NCBI RefSeq assembly: GCF_000002075.1
Contig: NW_004797316.1
Location: 190,201-254,200 of the forward strand
Direction: 5' to 3'
DNA from: Aplysia californica
Lineage: Eukaryota
DNA: 64,000 nt
Positions 38,771 to 51,590 of this stretch are shown here, piece after piece. The notes beneath the pieces were generated by a model. That model had not been told where the DNA came from. It saw nothing but the letters and a program-made list of their open reading frames with translations, and searched no databases. The stretch's first letter is position 1. The number at the start of each line of letters is the position of its first letter. The translations under genes and the position numbers were made by a program.

Positions 38771-39599
38771 CTGGTGCACAAATAAAAATCAAAACTGGAT
38801 TAATAAGGGTTGGGAGAAAATTAAAAGGTGTCGTCACAAAATTACGACTGATGCATATATGTGAAAACAAAATAATTTAAGTCTACCCGAGCCTGAGCAG
38901 CTTTAATAAAAAGTAACATCCTATAAAACCTCCCTAAGGCTTGGCACACAACTCTAAATTTTCATTAATTCTTTCCCTTGAGAATAAATAAACACCACTG
39001 TAATGCTTTTGTCAGTCGGTCTCTAGAATAGATTTCATTGTGACAAGTTTTTAAGTTTTAAATAAGTTTCCGTTAAAGCAGGTATTGTGTTTGTCTGTGA
39101 ACTTTCCAACCCTCCCATTAGGGAGATACAAAATAGGCATCATCATCATAATCAAAAATCATTTCATTGTACTCTATTACTTTTTAAAAAGAACACTAAT
39201 TTTAAGGAAGTCGTTAAAATTCAACTCAGGTTTGACGTGTCACCTGTCTAATACAACATTTTTGATACAGAAAGACAGTAAGTAAGCAAATGAGTCAAGC
39301 TAGTCGGAAATCTTTTTTCTTAGTCTATTGCTCAGACAGCCTGTCAGTCTTGGTGTACAGTAGTTTAATAAAGAGAAGCACATTGATAAATCACAGCTCC
39401 TTCAGTATTGAAGTAAAAGCAAGATTGACAAGACAGTTGAAAAAGAGGTACAGAAAGGAAGTTGAACATACTAATAGTGCCCTCCAACAATCTGCTCGTC
39501 AGTTTTAAAGAATAGGAGCCGCCCCTGAGTAAAGCATAGTAATGTAAGCAGGAGAAAGAAAGCAGACTACAACCCAAAGAATCTCAAGCCATGTTGAAC

Positions 39600-39748
39600 C
39601 TGTTGCACAAGTCTCTGTGTCCTGTCACATTATCCAGGAATCCCTGAAGCCCTTCTCGCCTCTCCTCCAGGAAATCTACATCAAAGTTGCTGCGAAACCA
39701 ACGCTTGGGAGGCAGGGTAAGCCTCACATTGGGGAACAGAGGCTTCAG
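39600..39748 (-). CDS. SNX16: SNX16 PX-domain exon
   Basis: 149 nt; LKPLFPNVRLTLPPKRWFRSNFDVDFLEERREGLQGFLDNVTGHRDLCN (SNX16 [27 protein letters not shown]); donor AG|gttcaa. Confidence 0.92.
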
Positions 39749-39809
39749 CTGCACATGATGGGAACAAATCATATATTACTATTATGGTTGGTGATCATGT
39801 AATGAATTA

Positions 39810-40456
39810 CAGTGGAAACCATATATAACAGGCCCGGTAATAACAGGGATCTGGTAATAAGAGGTATTTTTTAAATCCTCGTTTTTTCCTACTCTTTGTC
39901 TCTATTAAAAGTTATCGGCAATAACAGGGCCTCATCGGAGCCCAATCTGTTATAGCAGGGACAAAGGNNNNNNNNNNNNNNNNNNNNNNNNNNNNNNNNN
40001 NNNNNNNNNNNNNNNNNNNNNNNNNNNNNNNNNNNNNNNNNNNNNNNNNNNNNNNNNNNNNNNNNNNNNNNNNNNNNNNNNNNNNNNNNNNNNNNNNNNN
40101 NNNNNNNNNNNNNNNNNNNNNNNNNNNNNNNNNNNNNNNNNNNNNNNNNNNNNTGCAAGCCAGGCCACTGCAAGCACAGGCAGCCGGTGAAGCGAGAGAG
40201 GGCTGCGGTGTGCTGCAGACTTTGATCTAGCTCTAAGCCTAGCTGCACGCACGCATAACGAGTCATGCGCAGGTGCGCCGCATGGCCAAAACCCCTGTTC
40301 GTGGGTGCAAGTGGCAAGGGAAACCACCCATGAATAAATACAGCTGGATGAGTCCACAAATGCTTACTTCCCTTGTATTTCTGATTTAACAGGGATCGGA
40401 TAAAACAGGACTTTTTCCTCTGGTGCCACCATCCCTGTTATATCAGGTTTCCACTG
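39810..40456. mobile_element. pogo/Tigger-type MITE spanning an assembly gap
   Basis: TA|cagtggaaacc..atataacagg ... cctgttatat..ggtttccactg|TA. Confidence 0.8.
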
Positions 40457-40714
40457 TAATCTAGTTAGGCATTTCAGTTGAATAAATTTTAAAATGAAGA
40501 CTGTCCATTTTAATTTGCACAGAATTGACAATTATCAACAAAAGTGCATCCACTATAATCCAAATGTGAAAAAATGGCTGCTTGCTTACTTTTTAAGAAA
40601 TATCAAATACATACGAGCATAAAAATTCCAGCACGTTTGTTTTATACACAAACATTTTTTTAAAAAATAGATTATTTACTGACCTTAGCATTCAAGAAGA
40701 GATTTTTATATATA

Positions 40715-41529
40715 CAGTCAAACCTGTGTAAGACGGCCACCCATTGTCAAGGAGAAAAGTGGCCGTATAAGACAGGTGGCCGTCTTAGGCAGGACTGATC
40801 AAGATGAAGAAAATGAACCATTCCCATCTGAGGTCCCAATCGAAAGTAGCCGCATTGTTTCTGTTTTTGTTGTTGTTGGTGGTGGTTTGTATTTTGTTGG
40901 TAATTTTTTATTTTGTTGCTGATTTTGCACAAGGGTGACAATGAAACTAAAGGTATCTGACGAGGAAGACAGAGTGCCATGTTAAAACAAACACATGGGT
41001 CGCCACCATTCGGAGAACGAGCGACGCTTCTGTCACAAGTTCATGTTGACGTCCTTTGTTACTTTGTTACAGACTGGGTAAACAGTGACCACTCATCTCA
41101 CTTTCGATTTGTCTATTCATTCTGGGCAGGGCTTATGCGTTTTAAGGGATCACACGCTTACCTCGCCAGCAGCTGAAAAGTGGTAGCATTGGTCAACAGT
41201 GGGAGGGGCCTACGCAACATGATCGGTTGGAGGGACTGCCTAACAACAACGAAGGTGATTGAATTGTGACGGCTCGTCTACAACGCCAGGGGCCAAAGCA
41301 CAATTTATGACAAAACGTAATGGAGTCACTAGGGTGGCCGTCTAAGACAGGTGTTATTGCTTAGTGTGATAGGGGTAGTGTGTTAAAATATGGTGGCCGC
41401 GGCCGCGTTGGACAGGTGCCCGTTTTACACAGTTAAATTATATAGAAAAAACGCAAGGGGGGAAATGGAAAGTGGCCGTTTGTACAGGTGGCCGTCTTAT
41501 AGAGGTGGCCGTCAGGGCAGGTTTGACTG
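40715..41529. mobile_element. Tc1/mariner-pogo type MITE
   Basis: TA|cagtcaaacctg...caggtttgactg|TA; subterminal gtggccgt repeats. Confidence 0.85.
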
Positions 41530-41808
41530 TATATATATATATCACCATACCTGAGGCACACACACATTAATTAGTTCCTGTACATATAGCATTTGAAAAG
41601 CACACAGACAGATAAAACAATCTTCATAGAATCAATGATGGACAAATCCAAAAACGACCAACACAAAGACAAGGAAGAACAAGTAAATAAAACTTGTTAA
41701 AAATAGTTTTTAAAAAGTACATAAATAACAGAATTTTTTTTCGAAAAGATATTTTGACATCTTTTAATTCACAAATGAGCAGTTACAAGCTCTTTCGTAA
41801 AATCTCAC

Positions 41809-41898
41809 CTGATCATTTAAATGCACAAAATCCGAGTATCGACGAAATATGAACCAACCAACATCATCTTCTTCCACCATTACATGAATCTTGTACAC
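41809..41898 (-). CDS. SNX16: SNX16 PX-domain exon
   Basis: tgtttcag|..|gtgaga, 90 nt; VYKIHVMVEEDDVGWFIFRRYSDFVHLNDQ with the PX RRY(S/T)DF motif. Confidence 0.93.
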
Positions 41899-42442
41899 CT
41901 GAAACACACAATTAAAAGCAACTGCATTTCCCAAAGTCAATATAAATAAAGTATAAAGATGTGGACCTCGATCTCTTTTCTGACCACCACCTTTTAATCA
42001 AGCTCTTCTTTACAAAAATATCATTGTTATCTGGAGAACACCTTTTACAGTTATAATATTCATGTATAATTATCGAACATTTGGATCTCCTTCTTTTTGA
42101 AAGTGAAAGTTTTCCAACTTGTCAACATTTTTCAAAATACCAAATTACACCGTTCTTTATTACATCTCTAAAGACAATTGCATTTCTTAAGTTTTTCCAT
42201 GAACCCACTTCATAAATCAAGCTTTAACCACCATCACTTTTCCAGCCTCAACAAATATGTCCTACCATTTTGAAATTTCCACTTTCTCATTCCTTTTCAG
42301 AAGGAAACTTCTACTCCTTTCTAATCATTCCACCAATTCTTAGTCTGACAATTTTTCATTTTCTAAATTCTAAGCTCTCACTGGACATTTTATGTTCATC
42401 TTTTTCTTTTACATACAATGCAAAGAAATCCAAGAATCTTAC

Positions 42443-43354
42443 TGTAAATTTGGAGCGAGCTTCCATAGTCTCATGACCAATGATGGGCACGCGAACCGAT
42501 CCAGGAACCATTAAAGATGGAATGGCTTGTGACCTCAGGACAGCATCATCTGAAACAAGATCGATGTGACTGCCCTGGTCATGCTGGTAGCTGCATCCAC
42601 AGGAATGATCAGTCCCAGAATCCTGATCCTCTCCAGGACTTGGATCCATATCTGGATTGGAGCTGTAGGATTCAGACCCCTCCTTCGAAAGAGGTCTACT
42701 GTCAGATTCTACAGTTAACGAAGTAGCAGTGTTCCGTGAAATGACAGGGGTCGATGTGGAAATGGGAGTACCCAGGTCTCCACTTGACAAAGGTAAAAAA
42801 GATGATGGAGCAGATGTTGCTTCCTCATCGACAGCCAGCATAGGTTCAGACAAGGATTTTGTTACACTATTTTCCAGGCTCACAACCACCTGAGGAGCCA
42901 ATGATACAGGCACAGGTGAACTGAGGATGGTGTCATTTCCACTATCGGCCGGGGATGAATCAACACAATCATCACTTTTGTTTTCTTCCTTTTCTCTGGT
43001 AAGACCTTCCTCTTCATTATTAATCAGTGTTTCTTTGTCATCATTTTCCACAACTGTTTTATCACTTCTCTCCTTTGCATCCACCTTTATCTTCAAAGCC
43101 TCTCCATCGCTTTCTGAATCAGGAACTGAAACTACACCACCAGTACCAGCCATTATTTCTCCATCCTTCAGTTCATTGTCATTAAATTCTCCCATATCAT
43201 TATTTTTACTATCACCAGGCTGTGGTGCAATATCCTCTTCACATTTCAATGGAAGTCCATCAGTAGGGGCAGTCTCAGCCACAGGGATGAATGATCCGGA
43301 AAACTCACCACTCTCTGACTTTTGCATACGAAATCCTTCCTCTCCTGGATCCAT
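42443..43354 (-). CDS. SNX16: Sorting nexin-16, first coding exon (long acidic low-complexity N-terminus plus start of PX domain)
   Basis: Acceptor tctccttttcag ends 43362, ATG at 43354, donor |gtaaga after 42443; 304 codons ending VRVPIIGHETMEARSKFT (SNX16 ILGYEVMEERAKFT). Confidence 0.88.
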
Positions 43355-44442
43355 TTCTTTTCTGAAAAGGAGAAACAATCAGTAAGGAACATGGAAATAT
43401 TATAGATTTTTTTCTGATTTAAAAAAGCTACCTTTCATATAGATCCTCTGATAACATCGCCCACAGCAGAGAAAAGTAGATTCTAAACGTGGCTGCAGTT
43501 TAGAAGTGATCAAAGTGGGGTTTATTTTTGTATGTTTGGCTGCATGTATGTTTTTAAAAAAAAAGAAAAAACCCACATCTTACTCTCTTGGGCCACAAAA
43601 AGTTGTAAGACATTCATGATATTCAAAGGTGACTCAGGACTCAAAACTTAGATCCTTCAAATTCTTTTTTCCATCCCCATTTTCATTACTTTTCATTTAG
43701 CTGAAAAATCAACGTATATAAATCCGTGTCGTCTCTAGTAAGAACAACTGAACAAAGATACATAGTTAAATGGGTAGGCCTACACATACAACACACTTGA
43801 AAAAAATCAGTTTGAGGTAAGGGAGTGCTTATTTAGGCCACATATGGCCTAAATAAGGTAAGGAAGGGGGGTTTAGCTTATTTAGGCTACACATGCTCAA
43901 ACTACCCTTTTCAGGCAACTGAGTTCGTTCCACTTTCATAATGGTGCACCTTTCTCATTTAGTACGGTTTTGACTCAGTGTACAACTTATAAATCATAAT
44001 CATAATGAATATTGTAAAGAACAAAGCACAATACGCAAAATTTTGCTCCACCCCAATAGTTTGAATGAGGGCCAGATTTTTCCTTCATGGAGGGGCAAAA
44101 GCTAGGCTACCATTTTAGCACACTTTGGTCAAGTGAAAAGGTCAAATCCTCCGAATGGACTTCCGGGTTAAATTTGGGGTATAAAAAGTGTACACTACGT
44201 GGCTGAGTCAAAGTTACACTATCTTTGCCTGAGTGACACTCTCTCGTACTGTCTCTTAGTAGTACATGTAGGCTAGTAGGCCTAGTAGTAGTAGTAGCAA
44301 AGATCGTGTAGAGAATATTTTGTAATAGATTCTATCTAGTAGGCAGTTTAGTGAACGTGCTCGCGGCAGGGCGAATCGGCCTCGATAAGCCCCGTAGACT
44401 ATTGTGATCGGCCACGAAGCCTCGTGTTTTGATGGGTCTAGT

Positions 44443-44790
44443 GGCGTCGGTGGCCTAGTGGTTAGGCTCTCGGACTCGCAACCGTAAGGTCGTGGGTTCG
44501 AATCCCGTCAGGGGCCCGACGTTGTGTCCTTGGGAAAGGCACTTTACACGAATTTTCCTCACTTCACCCAGGTGGGAATGGGTACCCGGCTATAGACAGC
44601 GAAAGATCTTGTCAGTTTGTTAGTGTTTGAGCGCTTAATCGGCTGCTCGCACTGTATGCTTCCCGGGAAGCTGAGAATGTTTCGAAGTGTTCTATGGTCT
44701 GCTGGGGTAATAATATAGCGTAAAGCGCATAGAGCCTGCTGTTGAGCGGGGATATGCGCTATACAAATGCTATCTATTATTATTATTATT
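44443..44790 (+). mobile_element. tRNA-derived CORE-type SINE with L2-like tail
   Basis: A box tggcctagtgg, B box ggttcgaatccc, CORE-like gttgtgtccttgggaaaggcacttt..cacccaggtg..atgggtacc, tail atgcgctatacaaatgc(tat)n; absent from the sister element at ~33368. Confidence 0.88.
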
Positions 44791-45667
44791 AGATCTAAAT
44801 CTAAACAACTCAGTGTTATTCGCACTGCCACATCCGACAGGCCTAGATCTACATCTTTTTAAAAGGAAAAGAAAGATCATCAAAATGGTTGAATTTGCGT
44901 GAAAATCGATTCGGTAGAACTAGAACTATTAAAATTTGCTTCTGAAAACAAGGCAATTTTTATACGAAGGCTATTTTTATAACTCGATGAAATAAAAACT
45001 ACTGGCTGTATTATTATTTTCCAGCATCTTTTGACGCCTGAGCTGTAGAGGTTGAAGTTTTCACAACACTAATAGATCTAGTAATAGGGCTTTCCATAAA
45101 AAATGCATAGATCTACAAAAGCCGAACCACCGAATCGACTGGGCACCTCGCTCTCCCCTGCACACTGTGATAACGTGTTGCTTCGGTATCGCATTATTCA
45201 ACTATTAATACATGCGGCTATTATGGCAATTGGGATGTACTGACTGACAAAAAAATTCAGCTTTGTTTTTATTTTACCATATATTTGACTTTAATAGTGC
45301 AGGCGATAGCAAGATCTAGATTACCTGTCTAGAATCAGTAGAAGCAGGCCTATGCTAGAAGCAGCCAGAGAGCCTACAACTACTAGATCTAGATCTAACT
45401 TATTATTGCTATGCCTTTGGGCTTTGGAATTGAAATAAAACGAATTGCACAGTTCTAGTTACTTTTAGATTCAGCAAGTAACTGTATTTCCAGAGTCAAT
45501 AATAACAAATATGAGCATAACAATCATTTTTACTTTTATTAGAATAATTAGATCCAACTTTTTTTTCTAAAATCTATTTTACGCAAACTTAAGATTTTCT
45601 CTACTTGTAGAGCACAGAATAATTTACATTGTAAGCCTCTGCTCAGTCTTTTAGTATACATAATAAA

Positions 45668-45710
<43 letters not shown>

Positions 45711-46325
45711 CATACTAGCTGGGCCCCCTTTCGATGAAAGGAATGATCGGTCCATTAACATCAACTGAAAGTCATTGGCCTACGATATTTACACTCTACT
45801 TGAATGGAGCAATAAATCTTGAGAGATGCAAAAATTTAGAAGGTCTATATCTAGATCTATACTCTCAAAACAAAATGCGCCTCGCCAAATATCACTTCTG
45901 CACCGGATTTTCTAAAATTACAGAGAGAGAAGGTTCGGCCTACAAAAGCGATTGGCGAAATAAAGAAATATAGCTTTTTGCAGCAAAACTGTCTCAAAAC
46001 TGAAAAAACGAAAGGCGTCATGATCTGGAGAATATCTTAAAGAATTTTTTGGCGAAAACCGCATGTCAATGGATGCAGCCATTAAAAAGCCTTTTGAATA
46101 GCAAAATTCGGCCACCACAAATAGATAATAGATATATATATATATATATTTTTATTTTTTTTAAACTCATTTTTTCAACATGTCATAAAATCAAATTGTG
46201 CCATTTTCTTTGAAAAGAATAGCATTAGCAGTGGACTTTTTAGACAGCGAGTCTCTGATTCAATATTTTAAAAACATATGCTAATCAATGAAAATTGCAA
46301 ATTGATAATAGTTTAGTCCTGTAGA

Positions 46326-47165
46326 GGATAGGTGAACTCCGGGGTCTGCAGAGCGAAATACTAGGTTTTAGGATGTGAACCCCGGAGTCACCGTAGTGAA
46401 ATAAGGTTTGGTTTAAGTAAGGATTGGTGGACCCCGGGGTCAACCTAGTGATAAATAAGCAGGTTTAAGGTGGACCCCGGGCCCCGGGGTCTACCTAGCG
46501 AAATACTAGGTTTTAGGACAGGTGGACCCCGGGGTCAGCGTAGTGAAATAAGTAGGGTTAATTTTAAAAGGATTGGTGGACCCCGGAGTCACCATAGCCG
46601 TAGAAGAATAAGAAAGTTTAATTAAGGATTGGTGGACCCCCGGGACACCTTGATTTAACCTACTTATTTTACTACGGTGAACGCAGGTTCCACCTATCTA
46701 AAAACCTAACTAGTATTTCGTTAGGTAGACCCTGGGGTCCACCTTAAACCTACCTATTTCACTACGTTGACTCCAGGGTCCACCAATCCTTAAAATTAAA
46801 CCTAGATCTACATGTACTTATTTCACTACATTGACCCAAGGGTCCACCAATCCTTAATTAAACCAAGATCTACTGATTTCACTACGTTGACCCCGGGGTC
46901 CACCAATCCTTAATTAAACCTATATCTACTTATAATTTCACTACGTTGACCACGGGCTCCGCCAGTCCTACTATAAAATAAACTGAGATCTACTTATTTC
47001 ACTATGTTGACCCCGGGGTCCACCGATCCTTAGTTAAACCTATATCTACTACTTATTTCACTACGCTGACTCCGGGGTTCACATCCTAAAACCTAGCATT
47101 TTGTTAGGTAGATCCCGGGGTCCACCTATCCTTTTGGCTAGATAGACCCCGTAGTCCGCCTATCC
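46326..47165. repeat. Foldback array of ~55-60 bp units with GACCCCGGGGTC palindromic core
   Basis: Units run forward to ~46640 and then in reverse orientation; ggataggtg..cctatcc ends. Confidence 0.8.
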
Positions 47166-47897
47166 ACTTTCTTGATAATAACTGAAAACAATACATGCCA
47201 GTTGTCATGAATAGTGAAGAAAAATGCGGGAATAAAAAGACAATGAGGTAGACTATAATTTGTCAAAAAAATTTCAAGTGCAAGTGAAGATCATTAAATA
47301 ATTTTTTTATTTTCTGGTCATCTTTCCCGGTTTATAAAAAATTCCAGTGGGCCTACTACTAGATCTATGTATCTGAAGAACATTTTGCTTGCCTTTATTA
47401 GCTTTTTTCATGTACATGAAAGCATAGAATATATAGTTTCACACAAATATAGGCACAATACTTTGAAAAAGAAAGATAAGGTCATTGTTGTTGTTGTTTT
47501 GTTTTTTTACAGAATCCGTTTTACGTTGAGAAAAGCGAAAAAAAAAAGTTTAAAAATTTTATGAATGCCCATAATATTAGTATTAGGAATCCGAAATTAC
47601 TACCTAGTTGGCTTACTCTTTAATAACCATGAGCAGTTAAGAAGAAAAAAAAGAGAATGATATAGGATTTGTCTAAATATGCCCATTTTGTCCAATTATC
47701 ATTGCAGGTAAAATCACCCTGCACTGTACCTCAATAAGCACAAAAGGAATATTTCTGTAACTTTGTATAAAGGTGTGGCCTAATAAGGTAAGGGAGGGGG
47801 GTTTAGCTTATTTAGGCCACAGGTGTGGCCTTAATAAGGTAAGGGAGGGGTGTTTAGCTTATTTCTCTCTCTCTCTCTCTCTACTGGCGCTGTGGCT

Positions 47898-48907
47898 TCA
47901 TAAACGGTCAGCAATGCCGACAGCACGCAGGAACTCAACACTCGCCCGGGGGTCCTTAAAAAGTGCTGAAAGTGGGTTACTGAAATTCCCAGCAGACGGG
48001 TTCTAGCACGATAGTTGGCGGGACATCTCAGGAACACATGGTCCATAGTTTCGTCCTCCTCCTTGCAGGCTCGACAGGATGGATCTGGGTTGTCTGCTGG
48101 CGCAATTTTGTGGAGATATGATCTCAGCTTGGGCGATTTTCCACCAGTTCTCATTTGGGAGAGAAGCCGGCAGTCCTGTCGTCTGAGCGAGGCCTCAAGC
48201 TGGTATGACGGCGGCTGGGCAAACGGCAGTTTGGGTTTCGCCTCTCTTTTCCACTTTGCGTGGGTCGATCGGTGGATGACGGCTTTAGCTGTCGAGAAAT
48301 CGATTGGCGTGTCAATCTGGGTAAGCGCTGTTGCTTCTTTGGCGATGCTGTCAATTTCCTCGTTCCAAGCCAGTCCAGCGTGACCTGGAATCCACTGTAA
48401 GTGGATGAAACATTCAGAGCGTTGACAGAGGGTGTGCAGAGGTTGCCAGATTGAGCAGGCCACCTTTTCCGATTGGTTGGTAGGGCCGTATGAGAGGCGC
48501 ATGACTGCTGATCTAGAATCAGTGTATACATGGATGCGTACACTGTTCAGAAGGCTGCCTACTGTATGTAGTGCCACAAGCATGTCAAGCGCTGTGTCAA
48601 GAGCTACAAGCTCGGCTCTGTAGCTGGAACAATACCGGCCCGCAGGTACACGTTGGTCGAGTTCGGTATCACCGGTCTTGATCAGTATTCCACTTCCTCC
48701 ATACTCAGTACCGTGCTCAGCTGAACCGTCAGTCCAGACTTCTACATCAGGCAGGGGGAGCGAACGAATTGTAGCCTCTGCTGCTGCTTTCCTGACAGCT
48801 GGTTCATTAGTACGCTTGCAGTCGACGACAAGATCGGTGCTAAAAGTCACGTTGTATGATGCAGTCTTCCACGGTTGTGTGGGGGGGTAAAACAACCAGC
48901 TCCTCAC
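47898..48907 (-). pseudogene. RNase H and CCHC segment of the LINE ORF
   Basis: VWTDGS, SYRAELVAL, YTDSRSA, LQWIPGHAGLAWNEEID, CxxC..H..C. Confidence 0.85.
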
Positions 48908-50612
48908 ATGGGTACGTATCCACTTCAGTTTCGGCTACGAGTTTCTGGGCATGCTTTCTCCAGTTCGACTTGCCTGTCCGCATGGGCACTGATTTTGTTG
49001 CGGAGGCTTTGCGTTGGTTCGTTGCAGGCAGACGCATGGACTTCTCGAACGAGATGGCAGTCAAGGCATCAGCTCTATGCCTTAGTGGTAAAATGTCTGC
49101 TTCGATGAGGAGGCTGTCCACACGAGTATCCTTTGAGTAGCCTGTGATGATTCTTGCTGCTTCATTCTGCTTTCTTTCCAGTTTCTGCAGGTTGGAGGGT
49201 TTGGCAAGAGGCATGTAGGCAGGGGCACAATAGTCGATAGCTGACCGACAAGTAGCATAATATATAGGATTTATGCATTCCCTGGAGGCACCCCAAGTGG
49301 TGCCTGTAAGGGCTTTCAATGGTCGAAGTCTGCTTGACAGTTTTAGCTCAAGGTTTTGGATGTGGGCGTTGGATGGTAGAGTACGATCAAGTGTGACCCC
49401 AAGTAAGGTGGGGTTGGAGTTGAAGGTGATGGGGGAGCCTTTGAGTGAGAGTGCTGGTTTTCGCTTGGCCTCGTGGGTGCTGGTGGTGAAGAGGGTGCAC
49501 TCTGTTTTCTCCGTACTGATCTCCATCTTGTTTTGCTTTGCCCACTGCTCGAGTAAGTTTATGGCTGCTTGGACACTGTTTTCAGCCTGATTTATGTCTT
49601 CGCTGGTGGCGTATATTGTATAGTCATCAGCATAGAGTCCCGTCTTCACGGCTTCAGGCAGGCCTGCTTCAATATCATCGATGAAGACAAGGAATAGTGC
49701 AGGGGACAGGACACTGCCTTGAGGGACTCCCTGCTCGAAACGGCGAAGCCTGCTTGTTGCGTTGCCGTGCTCGACGCAGGCGTATCTGTCTCTGAGGAAC
49801 GAACCTATCCATTGGGTGATGCGGCTGGGAGTAGATTTCTCAATCATCTTCTCCATTAACCTCGTGCGCCATACCTTGTCGAAGGCACGCGAGAAGTCAA
49901 TGAGGGCCAGCACAGTTCGTTTCATTTTGGGACAAGCCTGGAATCCGTCGGAGATATGTTGTGTTAGGCACAGGACTTGGTCTTCAGTAGACCGTAACTT
50001 GCGGAAGCCCGATTGGTTGTTGCTCAGCAAGTTGTTGCTCTCCAGAAAGTACATCAGGCGGTTCTTGACGAGGGTCTCCATCAGCTTAGCTAGGCAGCTG
50101 GTGAGACTGATGGGGCGGTAGGACCCAATCATCCCTGCAGGCTCATTCTTCTTGGGTATTGGTATGATTTTGGCATGTCGCCAGCTGTTTGGGACAATGG
50201 CCATTTCCCATGATAGGTTGAAAAGACGGAGCAGGGCAGAGGTTGCCATGGGTCCGAAGTGTTTGATCATCTCATTGGTTACACCATCAAACCCGGGAGA
50301 TTTGCCGTTTTTCAGCTTTCCTATACAAACTGTCAGTTCAGCCATGGTGAGGAGAAAATCATAGCCTGTGTTCTGGTCAATAGGGAGGAGTTTAAGCTTT
50401 TCATTAAGCTGGTAGTGCCGGTGTTTGTCTGCCTTGTCGAGTTTTAGGCGGCTGACTGAGGCGTATTCACGGCAAAAGGCTTCAGCCTTGCTTCTATCTC
50501 CTTTTAGGGTTTTATTGTTTACTTTGAGTGCACTGCCGGTGGAGGGGGTTTTCTTGCCTGAGATGGCATTTATGACTCGGAAAACTTGTTGAGGGTCAGT
50601 CGAGAGGGACAT
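48840..50612 (-). pseudogene. Reverse transcriptase segment of the LINE ORF
   Basis: 590-aa open segment with non-LTR RT motifs including LYADD; frame breaks at both ends. Confidence 0.9.
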
Positions 50613-51296
50613 CTCTTAGGTAAAGTTGCGCCAACAGTCGCGCTTCATCTCGTTTAGGCGGGATGTGGTTCTTTTAGATGCCTCCTGGTAGCTTTCAATG
50701 TCTTTTCGTGTTTTGGTTGCCATGGCTTTTTTCCTTAATTGCACTTTTTCTTCTATTAGTTTGTCCGCTTCTTCATTCCAGAAGGGTTTACGAGCGCCCT
50801 TAGGGATACTTTGTTTGGCTGCTTTTAAAATGGCCTCAGTTAGGCAGGTGTTTAATTTTGTTGCGTCCGTCATGTTAGGCATGTCATTAGCCAAAGTCTC
50901 TGTTTCCATGAGGGCATTGAACAACGACCAGTCAACCTTCTTGAAGGACCATTTGGCTTTGCTCCTACGGGTGGGGGCAGAGTGTCTACAGAGTTCTGTC
51001 ATCTCTGTCACTTTGTTCAATAGAGTAACCAGGCACACAAATGTCTATATTTGGGCTTAACCATGTCTCTTGAAGACAGATAATGTCTGGGTGGTTGGTG
51101 TCAATGTGCCGAAGGAGCTCAATTTTGGCACTGCGCAGGCCTCTGATATTCCATTGGAGGATGTTTAGGGCTCGATTGTTCTGCTTCTTCATACGGCGGG
51201 TGCGCTCATGGTTCCTGGCATTAGAGTCCGTGCAACGGTTTTTACGGCGCAATTGTTTGACGTGCCGTTGTCGAGTCATGGGTCGGTTTGGGTGGA

Positions 51297-51590
51297 GTTG
51301 TGGTGGAGACGTGTAGACGGGTTGTGGTGGAGGTGTGTAGACGGGTTGTGGTGGAGGTGTGTAGACGGGTTGTGGTGGAGGTGTGTAGACAGGTTGTGGG
51401 GGAGGTGTGTAGACGGGTTGTGGTGGAGGTGTGTAGACAGGTTGTGGGGGAGGTGTGTAGACGGGTTGTGGGGGAGGTGTGTAGACGGGTTGTGGGGGAG
51501 GTGTGTAGACGGGTTGTGGTGGAGGCGTGTAGACGGGTTGTGGTGGAGGTGTGTAGACGGGTTGTGGTGGAGACGTGTAGATGGGTTGTG
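51297..51590. repeat. 24-bp minisatellite, ~12 copies, inside the LINE 5' coding region
   Basis: Unit gttgtggtggaggtgtgtagacgg; translates as TTTRLHTS or HHNPSTHL repeats. Confidence 0.92.

Noticed and set aside
42927-43385. 152-aa Ser-rich ORF on +
   Set aside because: Antisense shadow of the acidic SNX16 exon.
44443-44515. tRNA gene
   Set aside because: A/B boxes run into a CORE domain and L2-like tail, and the sequence is absent from the sister element; it is a SINE head.
46326-47165. CRISPR-like array of palindromic repeats
   Set aside because: Linkers are homologous to each other rather than unique spacers, orientation flips midway, no cas genes, eukaryotic context.
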